Shown here one piece after another: positions 53,236 through 63,655 of a stretch of 64,000 nt of DNA (position 1 is its first letter; each line of letters starts with the position of its first letter). The stretch is from an uncultured Bacillota bacterium. Its GTDB lineage: Bacteria > Sysuimicrobiota > Sysuimicrobiia > Sysuimicrobiales > Segetimicrobiaceae. The notes beneath the pieces were generated by a model. The model searched no databases and had not been told where the DNA came from. It saw only the letters and a list, made by a program, of their open reading frames with translations. Made by a program: the position numbers and the translations under genes. The stretch is from contig CAWDRG010000015.1 of assembly GCA_963804645.1 (NCBI GenBank), positions 160,001 through 224,000 of the forward strand, given 5' to 3'.

Positions 53236-55287
53236 GTGTTCACCGGCAGTTTGGGCGCGCGCATGCAGTTGATCCGCTGCAGAAAACACCTGGGACGGGT
53301 GCTCGCGCTGAGCGTGTCGATCGTGCTGATCGGCACAGCCGTCGTGATGGGCGGTGCGTTGAACGCCGGAGGGACGCGGGTTTTCGGTGCCGCGGCATCG
53401 TCGCCGCTCGTTCTGAGCGAAGGTCGCGCGAGCGCCGCGCTTGACGCTGTTGAACCAGCGGTGAGCCCATTAGCCTGGCCCGCGCTGTCAGGCACCGCTC
53501 CCGCGCGTCCTACGATCTCCCTGGCCTTCGTCACCGCGAGTGGATCTTCGGGGCCGGCGCTCACGTTCGCGCCGCGCGATAGTGCCCCGGCGTCTCCCGT
53601 GACGGGGCCGGGACCCGCGTGGACCAGTATCCCGCGTGCGGGAGAGACCGCGGTCGCCGCGGTGCCCGGGACGCTGCCGGCGACGCCCAGCGTACCCACG
53701 TCATCGCAGTCCGATCAGTCCATCATCTCCGGGGTGCCGTTGCCTCGCGATGACGGCGAGAGCCTGCTGGCTCACAGTTCGTCGCTGAGCGTGGCTCCGG
53801 CGGCTCCTGACGAACAGGCGCACGAGGTGGACTTGGCGTGGCCGCTGACACCCCCGGTCTCCACTATTATGGGTGCGCCGTCTCAGCAGCACATCACGCC
53901 GACGGCCCTCATTTTGGCGGGGGCGCCGCTTGATCCGTTGCAAGCGCAGCAAGCTCCGTCAGCTAGTGTGTACGGTGGACCGCCGCTCGACCGTTCCACC
54001 CTAACCGGAAACTGGGGCGGTGCGCGGGACGATCTGGCGGCGCAGGGAATTATCGTGACGCCCTCCGTGACGCTCTTCTACCAGGGGGCGACCGCTGGCA
54101 ACACCGATCATGATTTCGTTGGTGGGGGCAAGGCCGAAATATTTCTCACTCTCGACTTAGCGAAGCTCGGGTTCTGGAGCGGCTTTTCGATGAAGGTGCA
54201 CGCTGAATACAATTTCGGCCAGACGCCGGGATTAGTCGGGGGGACGACCATCCCCAACAACGTGGCGATGACCGTTCCATACCTCAACGAGGCGGGCGGA
54301 GACATAACGAACTTCTCTTTCACGCAGCGATTCGGGTCGAACTTCACGCTGACAGCCGGCAAGATGAATATGTTTGATTTTTACGCCGCCGGGCATAAGT
54401 TCAGCGGCGGCCGCGGCATCGAGGAGTTTTGGAACACCGCGTTTGTCGGGCCGCCGAGCGGCATCGTCCCGGTGGCGGCGTTTGGTGCTATTGCTAATTT
54501 GAGAATCAGTCCGCTCGCGTACACCCTCATGGTCTACGATCCGAACGACGCGCTGAACCGCACCGGATTCGAGGATCCGTTCGGCGCGGGCGTAACTGTG
54601 AGAGGTTCTGTCGATGTGTCCAGCACGCTGTTCGGTCTCCCGCGCACGGATAGTGTCGCGGCCGCGGTAAGCAGTGAATGGGGTACGGACTACACCACCC
54701 TCCCGAATCTCGGTAAATTCGCGAATATACCGGGGTTTGCCAATTCCTTAGTCCACGCGTTTATCACCGAGGGGATGTGGGGCAACAATGCCCAAATGTT
54801 TCTCCCCCCTCAATTGCTGCAGACCTCTCCGTCGCAGAAGCAAGGGCGGTACTGGCTCGGCTATTCCTTCGAACAGACGCTCTGGCAGAGCCCGTCAGAC
54901 CCAACCAAGGCCTGGGGCGCGTTCGGACAGGTGGGGCTTTCCGACGGCAATCCTACCTTGTATCAGTGGTCGGCGTTGGGGGGAGTCGGCGGCACGGGTC
55001 TGTTCCCGGGACGGCCGAACGACAAGTTCGGTGTGGGGGTGTTCTACTACAGCTACAGCAGTGAGTTGGCACAGGCTCTGGCCCCGCTGGTGACGCTCGG
55101 TAACGAATACGGTGTCGAACTCTTCTACAACGTTGCTATTACGAAATGGTTCTGGGTGACGGCCGACCTTCAGGTCATTGCCCCAGCAATCACGGCCCAG
55201 GTCAACGCTCCTTCTCTCATCACTGCCACCGTGGTGGACAATTCCACCGTGGTGCTCTTAGGTCTGCGTGGACAGGTCACGTTCTAA
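53236..55287 (+). CDS. OprB-type carbohydrate porin with a long N-terminal leader
   Basis: LTGNWGGARDDLAAQG, GRPNDKFGVG, ELFYN, TADLQ, terminal Phe. Confidence 0.85.
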   Translation: MFTGSLGARMQLIRCRKHLGRVLALSVSIVLIGTAVVMGGALNAGGTRVFGAAASSPLVLSEGRASAALDAVEPAVSPLAWPALSGTAPARPTISLAFVTASGSSGPALTFAPRDSAPASPVTGPGPAWTSIPRAGETAVAAVPGTLPATPSVPTSSQSDQSIISGVPLPRDDGESLLAHSSSLSVAPAAPDEQAHEVDLAWPLTPPVSTIMGAPSQQHITPTALILAGAPLDPLQAQQAPSASVYGGPPLDRSTLTGNWGGARDDLAAQGIIVTPSVTLFYQGATAGNTDHDFVGGGKAEIFLTLDLAKLGFWSGFSMKVHAEYNFGQTPGLVGGTTIPNNVAMTVPYLNEAGGDITNFSFTQRFGSNFTLTAGKMNMFDFYAAGHKFSGGRGIEEFWNTAFVGPPSGIVPVAAFGAIANLRISPLAYTLMVYDPNDALNRTGFEDPFGAGVTVRGSVDVSSTLFGLPRTDSVAAAVSSEWGTDYTTLPNLGKFANIPGFANSLVHAFITEGMWGNNAQMFLPPQLLQTSPSQKQGRYWLGYSFEQTLWQSPSDPTKAWGAFGQVGLSDGNPTLYQWSALGGVGGTGLFPGRPNDKFGVGVFYYSYSSELAQALAPLVTLGNEYGVELFYNVAITKWFWVTADLQVIAPAITAQVNAPSLITATVVDNSTVVLLGLRGQVTF

Positions 55288-55492
55288 CTCGACCAACATT
55301 CGTCCCGAATGAGGGGCGCATCTCGCCTTACGGGAGAGATGTCAACGCAAAGGTCCGGCGGCCTGAAGCGCGCTCGTGGTCACGTCTTCGTGCAGACGTG
55401 GAGTCGGCCGTAACGAACGCCACCTGCTACCGCATCAGTATGCGCGGTGAAGTTTCTACCGTGTACATCGCGTCACGCGAGGAGATGTCGAA

Positions 55493-56542
55493 ATGAGAGC
55501 CATCACCGTAGAACCGCACCACCCGCACACTGCACGCCTGGAAGACATCCCCGAGCCGGACGTGCGTGACGGGTCGATCCTCGTCGAAGCCATCGCGGTC
55601 GGCATTTGCGGGACCGACGTCGAAATTGTGGACGGCAAGTACGGGTGGGCCCCACCGGGCGAGACGCGCCTTGTGCTCGGACACGAATCCCTTGGCTGCG
55701 TGGTCGACCCGGGCCCGAGTGCCGCGTTTCGGAAAGGGGATCTCGTGGTTGGCATCGTCCGGCGCCCCGACCCCGTGCCGTGTTCCAACTGTGCGGTGGG
55801 TGAGTGGGACATGTGCCGGAACGGCCAATACACCGAGCGCGGCATCAAGGAGATCAACGGATTCATGTCCGAGCGCTGGCGGATCGAGCCCGAGTACGCC
55901 ATGAAGATCGACCCTTCACTCGGACTTCTGGGAGTGCTGCTCGAACCAACGACAGTCGTGACGAAGGCATGGGAGCAAGTGTTTGCGATCGGTCAGCGTG
56001 CCTTCTGGGAGCCGCGTACCGTGCTGGTGACCGGTGCTGGACCGATCGGTCTGCTTGCGGCTCTCGTCGCACGGCAGCGCGAGTTAGAGGTCCATGTCCT
56101 CGATCGGGTTGAATCGGGGCCCAAGCCCGACCTCGTTCGCGCTCTGGGGGCGACGTACCATACCGGCACGGTCGCGGACGTGGGCTTCGAACCGGACGTC
56201 ATCGTCGAGTGCACCGGTGTCGGGCAGGTCATCCAAGATGCGGTCACAGGAATCGGTGCGGGTGGTATCGTGTGCCTTACCGGTGTCGGGGCCGGCGGAT
56301 CAACGGTTGGGCCGGCCGTGGCTGACGTCGCAGCAGCGGCGGTGCTCAAGAACAACGCGATCGTCGGCAGCGTAAATGCCAACAAGCGGCACTGGTACAA
56401 GGCCGGACAAGCGCTGGCTCACGCGGACCGGTCGTGGCTGGCACGCCTGGTGACGCGGCGCGAGCCCCCGGAGAATTTCATGCGGGCCCTACAGCGTCAG
56501 CCCGAGGACATCAAGGTCGTCATTCAGTTTAGCGAGGCATGA
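55493..56542 (+). CDS. Glucose 1-dehydrogenase (Zn/MDR)
   Basis: GICGTD, GHES, VRRP, YTERGI, GSVNAN. Confidence 0.9.
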   Translation: MRAITVEPHHPHTARLEDIPEPDVRDGSILVEAIAVGICGTDVEIVDGKYGWAPPGETRLVLGHESLGCVVDPGPSAAFRKGDLVVGIVRRPDPVPCSNCAVGEWDMCRNGQYTERGIKEINGFMSERWRIEPEYAMKIDPSLGLLGVLLEPTTVVTKAWEQVFAIGQRAFWEPRTVLVTGAGPIGLLAALVARQRELEVHVLDRVESGPKPDLVRALGATYHTGTVADVGFEPDVIVECTGVGQVIQDAVTGIGAGGIVCLTGVGAGGSTVGPAVADVAAAAVLKNNAIVGSVNANKRHWYKAGQALAHADRSWLARLVTRREPPENFMRALQRQPEDIKVVIQFSEA

Positions 56543-56644
56543 TCACGATGCGCAGATCCGGATCAGGTGGATCCCCGTACGAGGGAGGAACTCGGTCGGG
56601 TGCGGCGCCGACAGGCGCCTGAGCCGAGCCGATCGGGCTGCAGC

Positions 56645-58342
56645 ATGCGGCATCTCAAAAGGCTCTTGATCATTGCGAGCTGCGCGGCGGCGATGGCGGT
56701 CGTCGTTCTGCCAATGGCCGCGGGGGCGGCGATTCCCGCCAATCCGTTGCTGGCACCGGCCACGACGACCGCGAGCCCCCCGCAACTTCCTGCCGGCGTC
56801 CGCCGCGTCGGGAACGTCGAGCTCGCCGCGGTCACGTTCCAAAACCGCGCGTTGTTCGACGTCACGGGACCCATCATCCAGAATCGGCAGGAATCCGGGG
56901 ACCAAGTGCCGGTGGAGATCCGTGCCGCGCAAATCGAGGAGAATCTTCGCAACGTCCTCATCAATGATCCACAGCGGTCGGGGTCGCTGTTCGGCGCCTA
57001 TGACACATACTACGATCCCGCCTCGTTCCGCGTGGCGGTGGTGAAAGTCGACGGTTTTCCGGTGCTGATGGCAGGGGACCGGAGACACCCCAACGACATC
57101 TCGCTCCTCACCGTAACCGACCGGGACGCACGATACTACAGTGTGACGGCCGATGAGCTGGCCAATCGGTGGGGGAGACAGCTCCAGGACGTTCTCGGCA
57201 AAGCGCTGGCGAGCCGCCAGCCGGCCGTCGTTGCGCGTCACCTCGAGCTTCTGCCGAAGATTTGGGGTGCGCTCGTCGTCCTCGGCGCCGCCTTGTGGCT
57301 CGCTCGGCGGCGCCTGGGCAAGAGGCGAGCCTCGCTGAGACAGGTGGGCCCCGTCGAGGAGGACGCGCGCGCGCGCGCCGAGAGAAGCCTTGCACTAGTG
57401 TCCGTCTTCGAGTGGATCGTCCTTTCGGCATTGGCCGTGCTGTGCCTCGGAGGGGTGTTGTGGACCCTCTCGCTGTTCCCGGGCACGGCGCCGATCGCGG
57501 CGGGGACATCGAGGCGGCTGCTGGTGATCGCCCTGATCTGGTTTCTCGCCGGCCTTCTCGACCGTCTCGGGAACGTTGCGATCCGGCGCGTCCTGTATGC
57601 GTGGGGAAACATGCACCCTTATTCCGGGGAAGACACCCGGCGCCAAGCGCGTCGCGGTCCGACGATCACGAACGCCGTGCAGGGCCTGAAAACGGCCCTC
57701 GTCTACCTGATCGCGATCGCTGCGACCGTGGAGGCCCTCGGGTTACCGCCTGTGCCGTTGCTGACGGTTGGAGCCATCCTCGGACTCGCGGTGTCGCTCG
57801 CCGTCCAGAACATCATCAAGGATTTTACCAACGGACTGCTTATTCTCGCCGAGGACCAGTACGCGGTCGGTGACTATATCTCGGTCGGCGAGATCGGCGG
57901 CGTGGTCGAGCGTCTGACGCTGCGCGCCACACGGGTGCGGGAGATCAGTGGACGTCTCACCACGATTCCAAACGGTCAAATCACGATCGTGCGCAACTCG
58001 GCGCGCGATTGGGCGCGCATGGACGTGACCGTGGAGGTCGCCTACGAGAGCGACGTCGGGCGCGCGCTGTCTGTCGTGACCGACGTGACCGAGACGCTGT
58101 ATCATGATCCGCAGTGGAGCGCGTTGATCCTCGAACCTCCGCGCGTCCTCGGCGTCGAGGTCGTCTCGCATGCGGGCGTCGGGATTCGCGTGTGGATCAT
58201 GACGTTGCCGATGCAGCGGCTCCCCGTGAAGCGCGAGTTCAATCGCCGCATGCGCCTTGCGCTGCAAGAGCACGGCATCTCGATCGGCATACCGCACCAG
58301 ATCGTGCGGCGCGAACCGCCCGACGGCCGCGACGACGCGTGA
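56645..58342 (+). CDS. MscS mechanosensitive channel with a periplasmic N-terminal domain
   Basis: QNIIKDFTNG.LILAEDQY.VGD, TIPNG.I..V.N. Confidence 0.9.
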   Translation: MRHLKRLLIIASCAAAMAVVVLPMAAGAAIPANPLLAPATTTASPPQLPAGVRRVGNVELAAVTFQNRALFDVTGPIIQNRQESGDQVPVEIRAAQIEENLRNVLINDPQRSGSLFGAYDTYYDPASFRVAVVKVDGFPVLMAGDRRHPNDISLLTVTDRDARYYSVTADELANRWGRQLQDVLGKALASRQPAVVARHLELLPKIWGALVVLGAALWLARRRLGKRRASLRQVGPVEEDARARAERSLALVSVFEWIVLSALAVLCLGGVLWTLSLFPGTAPIAAGTSRRLLVIALIWFLAGLLDRLGNVAIRRVLYAWGNMHPYSGEDTRRQARRGPTITNAVQGLKTALVYLIAIAATVEALGLPPVPLLTVGAILGLAVSLAVQNIIKDFTNGLLILAEDQYAVGDYISVGEIGGVVERLTLRATRVREISGRLTTIPNGQITIVRNSARDWARMDVTVEVAYESDVGRALSVVTDVTETLYHDPQWSALILEPPRVLGVEVVSHAGVGIRVWIMTLPMQRLPVKREFNRRMRLALQEHGISIGIPHQIVRREPPDGRDDA

Positions 58343-58384
58343 TGCGCCGTCCGGAGTCGGCCGTATCGAACCCTGTGTCCGCCG

Positions 58385-58660
58385 CCAGCTGTTCGACCAA
58401 TTCGTCCGCCAGGGCTGGCTCCGCAGTCCCGGTGGCTGTCGCCGTCTCTACGATCACCTGCTTGACCAACGTTTCGGCTGTTTGTGTTTCCGCCGTCCCC
58501 ATGGCGATCGTCGGGATGCGTGCCCAGAATGTCACGCCCCGCGTCGCGCAGAACGACACGAGCCGGCGCAGCGCGATCGACGGACACACCCTCCGGCATC
58601 CCGGCCATGTAATGAGCCTGCGGTTTCGCAAGCGGGTGGAAGAGGGCTTCGGGTGGTTGG
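58385..58660 (+). pseudogene. IS5-like transposase remnant
   Basis: VTPRVAQNDTSRRSAIDG.T.RHPG...S...RKRVEEGFGW. Confidence 0.7.
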
Positions 58661-59278
58661 GGCGGGTCGAGTGGCGATTGCTAAAAATCATATAGAACCT
58701 GCGTCAATCCCTGCAACGCTTCCTGGGGTCTCCAACGACCGCACACCTTCTAAGCAGCGGGTCGGGGCTCGAATCCACCGGGGCGCGCCAAGCCGTGTGT
58801 GACAAGTGTTTTCGACGATTTGCCCTTCTCCGAATCCGCCGGAGAAGCCAATGACGTTCATCAACAGGTAATGGGATGTGCAGATCGGGCGATCGCTGGC
58901 CCAGCGGCCCCCCCGATTCACGTTGCGGCAATCATCTTCGGCGCTCTCCTGTCGCGCAACGCCGCATCCCGCCTGGCCGACGGCGGCGGTAGCAGCGCAT
59001 TTATCTTGAAGGACCAACGGGAGCGGAGCATGTCTGCGCCAATCTTTCATGATCGCTACGCGTCGGGGCTTGCGGACATCATCCGCCACTTGGACAATGC
59101 CAGCAACCCCTCGGGGTGTTGGAGACGGACCTCGCGGTTGGGGCGGGGCTTGACCCCATGCATGGTCGGTGGTCGGCGGCGGCGAAGCGTGGTCGGGGCA
59201 CGGCGTCGAACACGTGCGATGCGGACAGCCGGGGGTAGAGAGGGACCGCGCTGCAGAGACCGATCAGGGGGCAACGTC

Positions 59279-60694
59279 ATGCCGATGGATACGCAGTCTC
59301 GGAAGGCCGCACCGAAGGTGCGCCGCCGGAAGCCCAGAGCCTCGGGGCGAACTCGCGCGGAGGCGAAGACGGCCGGCCGCGCGCTTCGTAACACCGTGCC
59401 GCGGGCGCTCCACGGCGAGTGGCAGACCGCAACCGCTCGCCGCGACCCCATTGAGCTTCTCGAACAGTCGAATCGCGGGCGGTTGCCGGAACTGGTGCCT
59501 ATTCGGTATGGGCGCATGCTGCGAAGCCCGTTCGCGTTCCTGCGGGGCGCGGCGGCGGTGATGGCCTACGACCTCGCGAAGACCCCGACGACCGGGCTGC
59601 GTGCCCAGCTGTGCGGCGACTGCCACCTGTTGAACTTCGGGCTGTACGCCACGCCCGAACGCCAGCTCGTGTTCGACCTGAATGATTTCGACGAGACCCA
59701 CCCGGGGCCGTGGGAGTGGGACGTCAAGCGCCTCGCGGCGAGCTTCGTGATGGCGGCCAGGGAGAATCAGCTGTCCGACGCCACGGCCCGCGACGTGGTG
59801 ATGCATTGCGTGATGCAGTATCGTGACGGAATGCGCGAGAACGCTCGGCTGACGCCGATGGAAGTCTGGTACCACCGTCTGGAGTGGAAGACGGTCGTTG
59901 AGCTCGCGCCGAGCGCGAAGCAGAGGCAGGCCCGTCAGCGGGCCGATGCGCAGGCGCGCCAGCATGTCGCCGAGCAGTTGTTTCCGAAAATCGCAAAGGC
60001 GGAGAAGAGCGGATACCGGCTGCTGGACCAGCCGCCGCTCATGACCCACGTCGCGAACGAACCGAATTGGGCTGAGCGGGTCCGACAGTCGCTCTCGGCG
60101 TATCGCCTGACGCTGCCAGACGATCTTCGCGCGCTTCTGGACCGCTATCATCTCGAGGATGTCGCGGCGAAGGTGGTCGGGATCGGAAGCGTGGGCACAC
60201 GGTGCTACATCGTGCTGTATATGTCGGCGGACGATGATCCGCTCATCCTGCAGGTCAAGCAAGCCATGCGGTCGGTGCTCGAACCGTACACGGGGCGAAG
60301 TCCGTACGACAATCAAGGACAGCGCGTCGTGATGGGACAGCGGTTGATGCAGTCCGCCAGTGACATCTTCTTGGGGTGGGCGCGCGGGCCGCGCGGCCGG
60401 AACTTCTACGTGCGGCAGCTGCGTGACATGAAGATGTCGGCGTCGCTCGAGGACTTGTCAGCGACGCAGGCGGTGGGATACGCGAGAATCTGCGGCTGGG
60501 CTCTCGCGTGCGCTCACGCCAGATCCGCGGACGCCGCCGCGATCAGCGGCTATCTGGGTCGTGGCGACCGGTTCGGCCGTGCGCTGGCGAAATTCGCCGC
60601 GGCGTACGCGGATCAGACGGAGCGGGATCACGCTGCCCTGGTGCGGGCCGTGCGTGCCGGACGGATCCAGGCAGTGTCTGAGGATTCGGTCTAA
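59279..60694 (+). CDS. DUF2252 family protein
   Basis: LVPIRYGRM..SPFAFLRG, CGDCHLLNFG, NDFDE, KVVGIGSVG, AHARS. Confidence 0.9.
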   Translation: MPMDTQSRKAAPKVRRRKPRASGRTRAEAKTAGRALRNTVPRALHGEWQTATARRDPIELLEQSNRGRLPELVPIRYGRMLRSPFAFLRGAAAVMAYDLAKTPTTGLRAQLCGDCHLLNFGLYATPERQLVFDLNDFDETHPGPWEWDVKRLAASFVMAARENQLSDATARDVVMHCVMQYRDGMRENARLTPMEVWYHRLEWKTVVELAPSAKQRQARQRADAQARQHVAEQLFPKIAKAEKSGYRLLDQPPLMTHVANEPNWAERVRQSLSAYRLTLPDDLRALLDRYHLEDVAAKVVGIGSVGTRCYIVLYMSADDDPLILQVKQAMRSVLEPYTGRSPYDNQGQRVVMGQRLMQSASDIFLGWARGPRGRNFYVRQLRDMKMSASLEDLSATQAVGYARICGWALACAHARSADAAAISGYLGRGDRFGRALAKFAAAYADQTERDHAALVRAVRAGRIQAVSEDSV

Positions 60695-60775
60695 CCGCGA
60701 TTGAATGCTTCACGGCGCGAAATCCCCGGACGACACCGATGGGCTCAGGCGGACGGGAACTGTGCACAGGTACGA

Positions 60776-60949
60776 TAACTGCCTGCGACCAGGTCGGCAG
60801 CCGAGTGTTATGGGCGGGAGACAGCTCGTTTTTCCAGAACCAAATCAATGCTGGTCACTATCGCCGATCGGGGGTCCGCACACAGGTTCGCACAAGGCGA
60901 GGATCCTCTGAAAGGCCTGTAAATACGGGCGTTCCGGGCAGGGGGCGTT
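60776..60949 (+). repeat. Cassette-end module, copy C (uninterrupted)
   Basis: TAACTGCCTGCGACC...GGGGGTCCGCACACAGGTTCGCACA...GGGCGTTCCGGGCAGGGG, abutting the tRNA fragment. Confidence 0.88.
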
Positions 60950-60997
60950 GGGCTCATAGCCCGAAGGTCGGAGGTTCAAATCTTCCCCCCGCTACCA
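60950..60997 (+). repeat. tRNA-Met 3' 48-bp repeat (2 mismatches)
   Basis: GGGCTCATAGCCCGAAGG...CCGCTACCA, then AGTTCAC and a degenerate hairpin with T tract. Confidence 0.95.
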
Positions 60998-61086
60998 AGT
61001 TCACTGAGTGGTTCTGCGTGACACTGCGCGGGTCCACTTTTGTTTTCCGAGAGATGTAACGAGCCTGTACTTCCCCAGTATTGGGA

Positions 61087-61338
61087 TTATCGCCGGTAAG
61101 CTTCGCGGCGATGTCGCACGTACTGAACTTCAACGATATTTGTGTTTACGATTCGATAAATGACTCGGTACTTGCCCATTCTCAGTTTCCAATACCCTTC
61201 CCACTCTCCGTGCAGCGGATCGCCCGCTCTGGGATCATCGATCAGTTGGTCTAGTGTTATCTCGAGCCTTCTCCGGAGTTCGGCGGGAATCTTCTGAATA
61301 TCGCGTAAGGCCCGCCCTGTGAATCGAAGTGCCGCCAT
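61087..61338 (-). CDS. relE: RelE/ParE toxin
   Basis: FTGRALRDI, G.PL.G, KLRMGKYRVIY, VRHRREAYR. Confidence 0.9.
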   Translation of the reverse strand: MAALRFTGRALRDIQKIPAELRRRLEITLDQLIDDPRAGDPLHGEWEGYWKLRMGKYRVIYRIVNTNIVEVQYVRHRREAYRR

Positions 61339-61625
61339 TAGCGATGCTTACGAGCGTCCCGCAGCGGAGGGTGACCGAACACATCCTCGTACGTGTATAC
61401 TCGATCCGCCTTGGCATCGGCCTGAGCCTCTCTCAGAGTCCTCAGCGCCCCCGGATCTGCCATTTCTTCGAGTGTCGCCATCATGCTGTTGTACTCATCA
61501 GTGCCGAGGAGGATGGCGACCGGGGTTCCTTCACGGGTAATGACCACTTGATCGCCTAGTTCAGCTGCGCGGATTAGCTTAGTAAGTTTCTGGTGAGCTT
61601 CCTTGACCCCGACTGTCCTGGCCAT
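61338..61625 (-). CDS. Phd/YefM antitoxin
   Basis: VGVKEAHQKLTKLI...VVITREGTPVAILL..DEYNSMMATLE. Confidence 0.9.
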   Translation of the reverse strand: MARTVGVKEAHQKLTKLIRAAELGDQVVITREGTPVAILLGTDEYNSMMATLEEMADPGALRTLREAQADAKADRVYTYEDVFGHPPLRDARKHR

Positions 61626-61787
61626 CGGGCACCTCACATCGTGTGGTATATACCCGAGTATATATATTAGTATAGATATTTCGCTGACCCTTGTCAAAGG
61701 GTAAACCGTCGGTCATCGCGGGTGCAATTTCGCGTTTTGAGGAAACCTGCTCGAGCGGCACCAGGACGATTGGCAGAGGCAAAAGCG

Positions 61788-62186
61788 GTGGAGTTCGTCG
61801 TCGACACGTCGGCCTTGCTCGCGGTGCTGCTTGATGAGCCGGAGCGTCCGTCACTTATTGCTCGCACGCAGGGTGCGGTGCTGTTGGCTCCGGGCTCCGT
61901 CCCGTGGGAGGTAGGGAACGCACTCATTGCAGGATTTCGCCGGAAGCGACTCAGTGCTCGGCAAGTTCGGGATGCGTGGGTGTCATTCGAGCGGATCCCG
62001 CTGCGTTTGCTGCCCATCGCTGTTGCCAAGGCGCTTGAGTTGGCTGAGCAACTGGGACTCTACGCCTACGATGCCTATATTCTAGAGGCGGTCCGAGCCC
62101 ACCGCGCTCCTCTTTTGTCGATTGACAAGCACCTGCGGGCCGCGGCGCTGAAACTGGGGCTTGAGGTCTGGGAGGCGATGCCATGA
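61788..62186 (+). CDS. vapC: VapC PIN-domain toxin
   Basis: VVDTSALLA, WEVGNAL, YAYDAY, LSID. Confidence 0.9.
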   Translation: MEFVVDTSALLAVLLDEPERPSLIARTQGAVLLAPGSVPWEVGNALIAGFRRKRLSARQVRDAWVSFERIPLRLLPIAVAKALELAEQLGLYAYDAYILEAVRAHRAPLLSIDKHLRAAALKLGLEVWEAMP

Positions 62187-62458
62187 AGGTTTATACATAT
62201 TCTGAAGCTCGTCAGCGGCTCGCAAGCGTGTTGGAACAGTCACGGCGGGAAGGGCAAGTTCAGATCCGCCGCCGCGATGGGCAGTTGTTTGTACTGCAAC
62301 CAGCCGGCAGGGTAAGTTCTCCCTTAGATGTCCCGGGGATTACGGGGGATCTCCGGCCCGGTGAGTTGGCGGCTATGCTGCAGGAGAGCCGTCGGAGCGG
62401 CCACCGGTTCTGGGGCAACAGTCAAAGGGTGCCGGCACGGCGACAAGTGAAGCGATGA
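62183..62458 (+). CDS. Phd-like antitoxin (toxin-first gene order)
   Basis: YTYSEARQRLASVLE...V.IRRRDG...SPLDVPG; ATGA overlap with vapC. Confidence 0.85.
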   Translation: MKVYTYSEARQRLASVLEQSRREGQVQIRRRDGQLFVLQPAGRVSSPLDVPGITGDLRPGELAAMLQESRRSGHRFWGNSQRVPARRQVKR

Positions 62459-62479
62459 CGCCTCACCCCGGGGCCTGGG

Positions 62480-62520
62480 TAACCCGAAGGTCGGCGGTTC
62501 AAATCCTCCCCCCGCTACCA
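62480..62520 (+). repeat. tRNA-Met 3' 41-bp repeat (1 mismatch)
   Basis: TAACCCGAAGGTCGGCGGTTCAAATCCTCCCCCCGCTACCA, then a hairpin and T tract at 62528-62566. Confidence 0.95.
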
Positions 62521-62655
62521 GTACAGAGGGCTCGCTCGAAGCATCGGAGCGAGTCCTTATTTTTTTGAGATTGACTACTAGTTGAGTTGCGGATGTGGTC
62601 TCTCAAGCCGGTAACTTCCAAGCCTCCTTCGGCGAAGTAAGGGTATCTGGTCTGG

Positions 62656-63087
62656 TCAGGTTGACAGTACCTTCTTCAAGTAGTGCTTCTTGTGTCCAAT
62701 AGGGTATCCATCGAGGACACCGATTTCTTCGTAGCCGAGCTTTTCATAAAAACCAGGTGCCTGAAAACTATGTGTCTCGAGAGTGGCGATGTGGCAACCT
62801 CTGCGGATCGCCTCCTGTTCAACGGCGCGCATCAACTTTGATCCAAGTCCCTCTCCACGGAAGTCCTCGCGCACCCACAAGGATCGAATGTCGAGGCACC
62901 CACCCCATGTATACGCACGGATTCCGGCGATGAGCTGCCTCATGGAATCGCGCAAGAAGATCGCGAGGTCCCCGTAGTCGTAGATCTTTGTCTCCTCGAC
63001 GTTGAATGTGTCGACGTGGTCCCTGAGAGACTCGATGTCCTGGGGGTCGGGGTTGACTTCAATGTCGAATTGGAACTGCTGCTCCAT
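62656..63087 (-). CDS. GNAT N-acetyltransferase
   Basis: LWV.EDFRGEGLGSKLM, THSFQAPGFYEKLGY. Confidence 0.92.
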   Translation of the reverse strand: MEQQFQFDIEVNPDPQDIESLRDHVDTFNVEETKIYDYGDLAIFLRDSMRQLIAGIRAYTWGGCLDIRSLWVREDFRGEGLGSKLMRAVEQEAIRRGCHIATLETHSFQAPGFYEKLGYEEIGVLDGYPIGHKKHYLKKVLST

Positions 63088-63205
63088 GACTGGCCCTCCC
63101 AGATCGAGTCCGAGTCGCAGTCACCATTCGGGAAAACAGGGATTCGACCTTCGGTGTTGGGGTAGCTGATCACGCCAGTAGTATCTGTCGTGTCGGTAAC
63201 TCCCA

Positions 63206-63225
63206 AAATCCTCCCCCCGCTACCA
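63206..63225 (+). repeat. tRNA-Met 3' 20-bp repeat
   Basis: AAATCCTCCCCCCGCTACCA followed by AGTTCAC and a hairpin at ~63236-63270. Confidence 0.9.
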
Positions 63226-63335
63226 AGTTCACCTAGAAGACTCGCTTGGTTAGCGCCGAGCGAGTCTTCTAATTTTGCGTAAGCTTGGCTCGTGCCGCGC
63301 GACTTTAGGGTTCCGCCGTCTCCGAATCACTCCCA

Positions 63336-63355
63336 AAATTCTCCCCCCGCCGCCA
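63336..63355 (+). repeat. Degenerate tRNA-Met 3' repeat, probably the distal island boundary
   Basis: AAATTCTCCCCCCGCCGCCA; shares the upstream ACTCCCA with the 63206 copy. Confidence 0.7.
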
Positions 63356-63655
63356 AACTTCCCGTAGCACTGGGTAGCGCCAGGCTCCGGGAACTGTCAT
63401 TTTCCAGGGCTTTCCGCGCGCTTGTCTCCGGCGTCCTGCACGCCGCTGCGCCGAATCGCGCCGGATGGAGCGTCGGATCGGTGCAGATTGAGTCCAGTGC
63501 TGAAGCCCTCTGGGAAGACGAGTTGTCGACCCACCTCGCCCTGTCGCTCCGGCAGCGACTTCATGCGGTGGCCGTACGGAGAAGGAGTTGGAGTCCCTTA
63601 ACGGAAGGTGCGAGCACGGGTGCCCATCTGCTTGGGCCCCGCGGAGGAGACGCGG

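Noticed and set aside
63145..63158. Inverted tRNA-like stretch (reverse complement CCGAAGGTCG)
   Set aside because: It is only a 10-bp match and could easily be chance.
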